DNA of 64,000 nucleotides from an uncultured delta proteobacterium (lineage in GTDB: Bacteria; Desulfobacterota; Binatia; Binatales; Binataceae), in NCBI GenBank assembly GCA_963806485.1, contig CAWDXY010000004.1, positions 613,801 through 677,800 of the forward strand, read 5' to 3'. Positions 58,093 to 64,000 of the stretch are shown here, in pieces. The notes under the pieces were generated by a model that was not told where the DNA came from, did not search any database, and was given only the letters and a program-made list of their open reading frames with translations. Made by a program: the position numbers and the translations under genes. Every line of letters begins with the position of its first letter. Positions within the stretch are counted from its first letter, which is position 1.

Positions 58093-59148
58093 ATGAAAGG
58101 AACCGTCTTCCACGGACCCCACGACGTCCGCGTCGAGCGCGTCGACGACCCCGCGCTCCAGACCCCGACCGACGTGCTTGTTCGAATCACGCGCGCCGGA
58201 ATTTGCGGCTCCGACCTGCACCCTTATCACGGCGCGATGCCCATCGAGCCCGGCTTCGTGCTGGGTCATGAAGGCGTCGGCGTGATCGAGGAAGTCGGCG
58301 CGGGCGTCGATCGCCTCAAGAAGGGCGACCGAGTCGTCGTGTCCGGCCTGGTCGCATGCGGCCGATGCTTCTTCTGTCGGCGCGGGCAGCCCTCGCAATG
58401 CGCTGAAAGCGGCTCGGCCGTATTCGGCTACGGCGCGAGCGCCGCCGGCAAGCTCGGATGGCTCGGCGGCGAGCAATCCGAAGCGGTCCGCGTCCCGATG
58501 GCAGACTACACCTGCTACCCTCTCCCCGACGCGATCGACGACGACGTCGCGGTCTTCCTCGCCGACATCCTGCCAACGTCCTACTTCGGCGCCGTCAACG
58601 GCAACATCCGTCCCGGCGACACGGTCGCCATCTTCGGATGCGGCCCGGTAGGCCTATGCGCCGTGATGAGCGCGAAGCTGTTCGGCCCCGCCGAAGTGAT
58701 AGCCGTCGACAGCATCCCGTACCGCCTGGAGCTAGCACGCAAGCTAGGCGCTCTAGCTGTGGACACTGAAAAGGCGCAACAAACGATATTGGATCGCACA
58801 GAAGGGCGCGGCGCCGACGTCACGATAGAGGCAGTAGGCAACGACGCCGCCCTGACATCCGCGATATTGGCCACCCGCGGCGGCGGCACAGTCTCAGTAA
58901 TCGGCGTATTCGCGATGCCGTCGTTCAATTTCCCAATAGGCTACGCCTTCGCAAAGGACCTAACGTTCCGGATAGGCCTGGCCAACATCAACGCCCACAT
59001 CCCGGAACTATCCCGCCTAATAGAAAAAGGCACGCTAGACCCGCGCCCCCTAATAAGCCACATAATGCCCCTAGCCGAAGCAGCCAAAGGCTACGAAATC
59101 TTCAACGCAAGAAAAGACAACGTAATGAAGGTGCTACTAAAGCCTTGA
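58093..59148 (+). CDS. Zn-dependent alcohol dehydrogenase (glutathione-independent formaldehyde dehydrogenase-like)
   Basis: GICGSDLH, GHEG, structural Zn CGRCFFC...C, LADILPT, GCGPVG. Confidence 0.9.
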   Translation: MKGTVFHGPHDVRVERVDDPALQTPTDVLVRITRAGICGSDLHPYHGAMPIEPGFVLGHEGVGVIEEVGAGVDRLKKGDRVVVSGLVACGRCFFCRRGQPSQCAESGSAVFGYGASAAGKLGWLGGEQSEAVRVPMADYTCYPLPDAIDDDVAVFLADILPTSYFGAVNGNIRPGDTVAIFGCGPVGLCAVMSAKLFGPAEVIAVDSIPYRLELARKLGALAVDTEKAQQTILDRTEGRGADVTIEAVGNDAALTSAILATRGGGTVSVIGVFAMPSFNFPIGYAFAKDLTFRIGLANINAHIPELSRLIEKGTLDPRPLISHIMPLAEAAKGYEIFNARKDNVMKVLLKP

Positions 59149-59161
59149 AGCGTCCGACTTT

Positions 59162-59258
59162 GTCATCCTGACCGCAGCAAGCGAGGCGAGCGCAGCTGGC
59201 TTCTGGCCTCCGGACAGCTTCGCGCCAACGAAGCCGGTACCGATTTTTGAGTCGCTGC
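59162..59258. repeat. GTCATCCTGA-type dispersed repeat, family 3, copy b
   Basis: Aligns with 52187-52284. Confidence 0.85.
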
Positions 59259-59306
59259 CTTCAATTCCGTCATTAGATCAAACAAACTTTCAATTGACGA
59301 AATCCG

Positions 59307-59957
59307 CTATCGTTTTGTTCGTCTGTAATATTCAAATAGATAGGCAATTCCAAAGACTACCGCCGGAAAGAGAATTGCAACTGAAATCGGATTACTTGAA
59401 CCCGGAAAGGCAATTCTTGGAGCCACAATAAAAAATACTGCTGCGAGGCATGTAGCCGCAGCCCATTGTTTCGCTATGCTTGTAAAGGCCCGAGTGTTTG
59501 TTTCTTTAGGGAAGGGACCTGTTTCAGGCCAATTATCCAAAGCCGCTCGTGCCAGTCGGTCAGCGATATGCGAGGGAATGCGAAGCCTTCCGATGGGAGG
59601 ATTCCCGAATCGAAGCTCGGCAGGCTGCCCCAAGAACCCCTTCTTCCTTGTGACTCTAAGTTCCTGCCAAGGCACAAAGAAATCCCGGCAGAATATTCCA
59701 AAAATTCTGATCATTCCGATCCGTAAACCGGACGGACAAACACCTATCTTTAGTACTCGATTCATATTCACCCCAATGCCCATGGAGCCGGACTGGTACT
59801 TAAGCTGTAGAAGTTCCTTCTCATTTCGATTTGGAAACTTTTGCATCAGGAGATACCAACCTGACAGCAGGCCAAGGAGAGTAGTAATCGCCAGCCACAT
59901 GAGTACAAAGAATGCCGGGAAATAGACTGGGGAAATTTGTTTGTGATTATCCAGCAC
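59307..59957 (-). CDS. Low-GC hypothetical membrane protein
   Basis: One N-terminal and two C-terminal hydrophobic segments. Two 60-nt spot checks gave 42% and 48% GC, far below neighbouring genes. Confidence 0.7.
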   Translation of the reverse strand: MLDNHKQISPVYFPAFFVLMWLAITTLLGLLSGWYLLMQKFPNRNEKELLQLKYQSGSMGIGVNMNRVLKIGVCPSGLRIGMIRIFGIFCRDFFVPWQELRVTRKKGFLGQPAELRFGNPPIGRLRIPSHIADRLARAALDNWPETGPFPKETNTRAFTSIAKQWAAATCLAAVFFIVAPRIAFPGSSNPISVAILFPAVVFGIAYLFEYYRRTKR

Positions 59958-60107
59958 TCGATTTCAAACCCAAGCTACTAGACCGTTTGGATAAAATCAG
60001 CATTACGAAAACCCATGCGGGCTCTTTCCAGCGGCGCTGGGAGGGGATAGTTTCGCGTGTGGCGGGCCACGGCGGCAACGAGCTCAATAACAACGAAGGT
60101 GTCAGAC

Positions 60108-60917
60108 ATGGCAGACAGTGGAATCAAGGTTCGAGTCGAGGGTGAGATTGCGTATATCGCGCTCAATCGGCCTGAGAAGCGCAACGCGATTAACCAGGCG
60201 ATGCTCCGCGCGATTCCCGAGGCGATCGACGAAGTCGATCGTCCCGACGTTCGCGCGATTATCATTTACGGCGAGGGACAGGCGTTCTCGGCGGGCATCG
60301 ACTTCACCTCACTCACCAACGACAGCGGCGCGCAGGGCGGCCAGGGCGGCGGTCCCGACATGCAGCGCTTTCGGCGCTTCGTCGCGGAGTCGCAAGCGTC
60401 GCTGAACCGGATCGAGAGTATCGAGAAGCCGGTCATCGGCGCGCTGCACGGCTTCGTCGGCGGCCTCGGCCTCGAGCTCGCGCTTGCGTGCGATGCGAGA
60501 ATCGCGTCGGTGGGCGCGCGGCTCGGGATGCCGGAAGTGCGCATCGGCCTGGTGCCCGACGTCGGCGGCACCACGCGGCTTACGCGGACGGTCGGCTATG
60601 CGCGCTCGAAGGAACTGATCATGACGGCGCGGATGATCGAGGCAGCGGACGCTGAAAAGATCGGACTGGTGAATCGCGTTGTCGCTGACGGCGCGCATCT
60701 CGCCGCGGCCGAAGAGCTGGCGCGCGAGATGGCCCGCAATGCCCCGCTCGCGGTCGGCCTGGCGAAGCGGATCATCGACAAGGGCCACGGCCTCGACAAG
60801 ATGACGTTCCAGGAGCTTGAGATGCTGGCGCAGAGCTCGCTAATTGTCACCGAGGATTTTCGCGAGGGCGCGGCGGCCCTGGCGCAGCGGCGCGAGCCAC
60901 GCTTCAAGGGGCGTTGA
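60108..60917 (+). CDS. Enoyl-CoA hydratase/isomerase family protein
   Basis: LNRPEKRNAI, AFSAGID, GLGLELALACD, MPEVRIGLVPD.GG. Confidence 0.92.
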   Translation: MADSGIKVRVEGEIAYIALNRPEKRNAINQAMLRAIPEAIDEVDRPDVRAIIIYGEGQAFSAGIDFTSLTNDSGAQGGQGGGPDMQRFRRFVAESQASLNRIESIEKPVIGALHGFVGGLGLELALACDARIASVGARLGMPEVRIGLVPDVGGTTRLTRTVGYARSKELIMTARMIEAADAEKIGLVNRVVADGAHLAAAEELAREMARNAPLAVGLAKRIIDKGHGLDKMTFQELEMLAQSSLIVTEDFREGAAALAQRREPRFKGR

Positions 60918-61842
60918 GGCGAATCTCGAAGCCGGCCTCGAAGGTCTCGCCGGGCGCCAGTTCGCGCATCCCGGCGGCGACGCCGCGCGCCGCGAGATTG
61001 AAGGCGTCGGGCGCGCAGGTATACGGCTCGAGCGCGACGACGGGATCGTTCGGCGGAGCAAAGACGACGAAGTCGCCGAACGCGGCGTCGGCACGAACCT
61101 CAAGCGCGATTTTCAGCGACGGATCGATCAGCCGCGCGCGCGGCGCCGACCGATCGTCATCTAAGGTCGGCGCCATCCGGAATACGTCATCATAAGTGTC
61201 GGTGCCAATCGGACGCGGCGCGCGAAGATCGTACTTGCCCGCGAGCGGCTCGGTGGCGCCGGTAGGAATCAGCCGTGCGTCGAGCGGCCATCGCGCGTCG
61301 GCGTCGAGCTGTATCAACATCGCGTCGCGCTTGCCTTTGGGATTGAGCGGCGCGTGAAAGTACGGATGCGCGCCGAACCCAAATGGCATGACCGAGTCGC
61401 CGGTGTTGGTGACGCGGGCCTTCAATCTCAGTCCATTACCTACTTCATAGTCAATCTCGAGCACGAACGGCCACGGCCAGATCGAACTGAGATCCGAATA
61501 GTCAGAAGAATTGAGAATCGCCGTGACGAAGAACGGTCCGCGCCGCGCCACGCGAAAGGCACGCTCACACGCAAAGCCATGAATCGAGTGCCCGCGTGCG
61601 GGCTCGTTCACCGGCTGCAGGTACTCGCGGCCGTTGAACGTGAAGCGTGCGCCTGCGATGCGGCCCGGCCACGGAAAGAGAATCGGGATGCCGCCGCGAT
61701 GCGGATGCTCGCGCCATGCGTCAGGATTGGCCGGCCCCGCGACGACGTCGAGCGTGCCCGCGCGATAGCTGAGGCATTGGCACCCGGCCTCGGGCACAAT
61801 CACCGCCCGTTCGCTGCCCGCTTCAAGCGTTATGAGTTCCAC
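60904..61842 (-). CDS. Aldose 1-epimerase family protein
   Basis: PILFPWPGRI, SIHGF, PFGFGAHPYF, YDDVF, ALEPYT. Confidence 0.9.
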   Translation of the reverse strand: MELITLEAGSERAVIVPEAGCQCLSYRAGTLDVVAGPANPDAWREHPHRGGIPILFPWPGRIAGARFTFNGREYLQPVNEPARGHSIHGFACERAFRVARRGPFFVTAILNSSDYSDLSSIWPWPFVLEIDYEVGNGLRLKARVTNTGDSVMPFGFGAHPYFHAPLNPKGKRDAMLIQLDADARWPLDARLIPTGATEPLAGKYDLRAPRPIGTDTYDDVFRMAPTLDDDRSAPRARLIDPSLKIALEVRADAAFGDFVVFAPPNDPVVALEPYTCAPDAFNLAARGVAAGMRELAPGETFEAGFEIRLNAP

Positions 61843-61982
61843 GTTGATGCTTCACTACGGAGAGAGCTGAGACGCAATGGGCTCGGCCCGAGAATCGAGC
61901 GTCCCTCGAGTGGGTAGTATACTTCAAGGCGCGGCGAAACGACGAATAGGAAACGCCCGCTATGCAGAAATGTCCGAACTGA

Positions 61983-62291
61983 CTAGTGGTCGCGTCCGCC
62001 GCGGCGTTCGCCACCGCCACCGCCCCCGCCACCAGGTCCGCCGCTGCGCGCCTGCGCTTCGTTGACGCGGATCGGCCGGCCCTTGATGTCGCGACCGTTC
62101 AGTTTCTTGATTGCGCCTTCGGCTGCTTCGTCAGTCGCCATCTCGACGAATCCGAATCCCCGCGAGCGGTTGGTGGCGCGGTCGATGATGACTTGCGAGC
62201 TGTCCACCTTTCCTGCTTCCGAAAATACGTCGAGCAGATCCTGGTCGGTCACAGTCCAAGCCAGATTCCCAACATACAGTCTGCGGCCCAT
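61983..62291 (-). CDS. RRM (RNP-1) RNA-binding protein with a Gly-rich tail
   Basis: RNP2 LYVGNL, RNP1 SRGFGFVEM and VNEA. ATG at 62291. Confidence 0.95.
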   Translation of the reverse strand: MGRRLYVGNLAWTVTDQDLLDVFSEAGKVDSSQVIIDRATNRSRGFGFVEMATDEAAEGAIKKLNGRDIKGRPIRVNEAQARSGGPGGGGGGGGERRGGRDH

Positions 62292-62881
62292 TACCCTCTC
62301 CTTGCGCGCGAACCGGCTGCCCCTCGGCGTACTCCGTCTGTATCGATAGGCATTCGGTACAGACACCTAAATGGTGAGGCAATACCTGCGGCGCGCCTCT
62401 AGTCCGAAATTCCGGAATGCTTATAGCATCGCGCCAAGCGCAAACATAGTAGTCTTGCTACTCATTCCAAGCCTTTGAGGTAACAACTTGGTAATGGAAA
62501 GGTCGTCGGTCGGACGGGGCTGTTGATTACGGAATCGAAGGACGCCTATGCAAGATATTGTATGCATTGTGATTCCTGATTGAGTCTAAAATCGTTATAT
62601 CGCACGAGTGCGACTTGCCCTCCTTCCATTGTCTCGATTCGAGGGCCACGAGGGTCGTGAGACCTTGCGAGGTCGGCAGAGAGCGACGAGAGCAAATCCA
62701 TCTTCAGACTCGAAGCTTGGTTACCGTTTGGGTCTCTGGGTAGGCATCTTCGACTCCTCGAAGTGACTATCTGCTGAATGAGTGCAGAGCCGGGTTGCTA
62801 GTTGAGTCCAGCACAAGTCCGAATACCTAACAGCTATATCCAGTCGGCTGATGTGGGTAATGGACAAAATGACTTTGATTC

Positions 62882-62910
62882 TTGTGAAGTTAGGTTTGAT
62901 TGTGTAGATT
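62882..62910 (+). promoter_or_regulatory. Sigma70-type promoter
   Basis: TTGTGA-N17-TAGATT with an upstream TG. RBS AAAGGAG at 62941-62947. Confidence 0.5.
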
Positions 62911-62955
62911 CAAAGTTGATTAGTACTAACGATTTCCCCGAAAGGAGATAGCTAC

Positions 62956-63339
62956 ATGCCTCGGAAGAAAGCCTCACGCGGAGCCGCATCTGCCTTCCAG
63001 CAAGTTCAGCGGCAAGCGCGCACCCTGCTCGTGAATCTGCGCAAAGACATCCGCTTGAAGGAATCGATACTGAGTAAACTCAAACAGGAGGAAGCGCGTC
63101 TGGGATCGTTGATCGGTCGCGGCGGCGGTGCATCGAAGGCAATCAGCAGCGGGCCGCGTGGCCGGGTCAATTGGCGCACAGTGCTTTCGGCGCTTCCCAA
63201 GCAATTCAAGGCGGCCGACGTCCGCGAGGTGCGGGGACTCAAGGGCAAGCGGCCGTCGGAAATTTTTGCGGCGATCACGCGATGGATCGATGCGGGAGCT
63301 GCAAGGAGAAAAGCACGCGGAGTATACGAAAGAGTCTAA
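62956..63339 (+). CDS. Small basic protein: coiled coil, Gly/Ser linker and putative winged-helix domain
   Basis: Strong RBS. Heptad-like LLVNLRKDIRLKESILSKLKQEEARLGSL and wing-like C-terminus RRKARGVYE. Confidence 0.7.
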   Translation: MPRKKASRGAASAFQQVQRQARTLLVNLRKDIRLKESILSKLKQEEARLGSLIGRGGGASKAISSGPRGRVNWRTVLSALPKQFKAADVREVRGLKGKRPSEIFAAITRWIDAGAARRKARGVYERV

Positions 63340-63518
63340 TCGAAGCTTCGCACACTCTGGCCGCAGTCCGGTAGTGCGCGATGTGGGCATAGTTAAGCGG
63401 CGCCGCAAAGGATCAGCAGCGCCGTTTTCTATTGATTAGTTAACAGCAAACAAGTGACCGCGCCGCGAGGTTGCTATAAACTATGAAACCTCATTCGCGT
63501 GCGTAAGAGTCAAACCAC

Positions 63519-64000
63519 ATGGCCGTGATGACTATTGAATGGCGGGCAGACGCCGTTCGCATGATCGATCAGCGCCTGCTTCCGGCGCGCGAGGTAATTC
63601 GGACCTATCGCGACTACCGTGGCGTGGCCGAGGCAATTCGCACGATGGTGATTCGCGGCGCACCCGCGATTGGCGTAGCAGCTGCGATGGGTGTTGCGCT
63701 CGGAATCAAGGGCACTGCGGGCGCGCAAGCGCGAAAACGCTTCGCAGTGGTCGCGAGGGCTCTCAAAGCCACCAGGCCGACGGCGGTAAATCTGGCCTGG
63801 GCGGTGGATCGAATGGGCCGCGCGCTCGACGAGAGCATCGCGCTCGACGCGGCAGAATTGTTTCACCGCATGCGTGCGGAGGCGATTGCGATTTACGATG
63901 AAGACCTTGCTACGAATCGCGCGCTCGGCCGGTTCGGCGCCGAACTCATCGGAGATCCGGCAACCGTGCTGACGCATTGCAACGCCGGCGCGCTGGCCAC
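63519..64000 (+). CDS. mtnA: S-methyl-5-thioribose-1-phosphate isomerase, 5' part (runs off the window)
   Basis: Translated by hand because it is absent from the ORF track: IDQRLLP, MVIRGAPAIGVAAA, TRPTAVNL.WA, LTHCNAGALA. Confidence 0.93.
   Translation, partial: MAVMTIEWRADAVRMIDQRLLPAREVIRTYRDYRGVAEAIRTMVIRGAPAIGVAAAMGVALGIKGTAGAQARKRFAVVARALKATRPTAVNLAWAVDRMGRALDESIALDAAELFHRMRAEAIAIYDEDLATNRALGRFGAELIGDPATVLTHCNAGALA

Noticed and set aside
58681-59148. Diversity-generating retroelement variable region as the cause of the A-rich 3' end
   Set aside because: No reverse transcriptase or template repeat is in the window, and the changes are toward A at synonymous sites rather than away from A at non-synonymous ones.
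42389-59258. CRISPR array or tRNA interpretation of the hairpin repeats
   Set aside because: The copies are kilobases apart with no regular spacers, no cas genes, and no cloverleaf, T-loop or CCA features.

Overview
High-GC bacterial chromosomal segment. Codon style and gene repertoire suggest a metabolically versatile soil or sediment diderm, possibly Ca. Binatota or a related lineage (inference only). About 60 CDS are present. In order: a recC(partial)-recB-recD operon; hydrolase, oxygenase and MetE-like genes; a deleted sulfatase remnant; a TetR-hydrolase pair; a Tat-exported vanadium haloperoxidase-like gene; and MFS/MOSC genes. A long + strand run follows (frmA, GH78, ECF sigma/anti-sigma, diiron desaturase-like, cbiA, chdC). 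A roughly 14.6 kb minus-strand run carries a methyltransferase, enoyl-CoA hydratase, TetR, three tandem P450s, MFS, DUF192, propionyl-CoA carboxylase, methylmalonyl-CoA mutase, a pyruvoyl decarboxylase and a UGA-containing SelW-like selenoprotein. The right part has a DEAD-box helicase, methyltransferases, an ACAD/phosphotransferase pair, a xanthine-dehydrogenase-family Mo enzyme with MoaD, USP, a Zn dehydrogenase, a low-GC membrane gene, an RRM protein, a basic coiled-coil/wHTH protein and partial mtnA. I saw no tRNA, rRNA, CRISPR array, transposase or integrase, but at least three families of dispersed REP/MITE-like repeats occur. The strongest leads are: (1) strand-specific to-A synonymous codon gradients at the 3' ends of genes abutting one repeat family; (2) a selenoprotein with a SECIS-like hairpin that the ORF track missed; (3) a promoter-driven structured ncRNA candidate at about 56.67-56.9 kb; (4) a haloperoxidase with an altered vanadate pocket; (5) a pyruvoyl enzyme with Lys-Ser at the cleavage site; (6) a MoaD with a blocked C-terminus; and (7) a candidate nucleoid protein.
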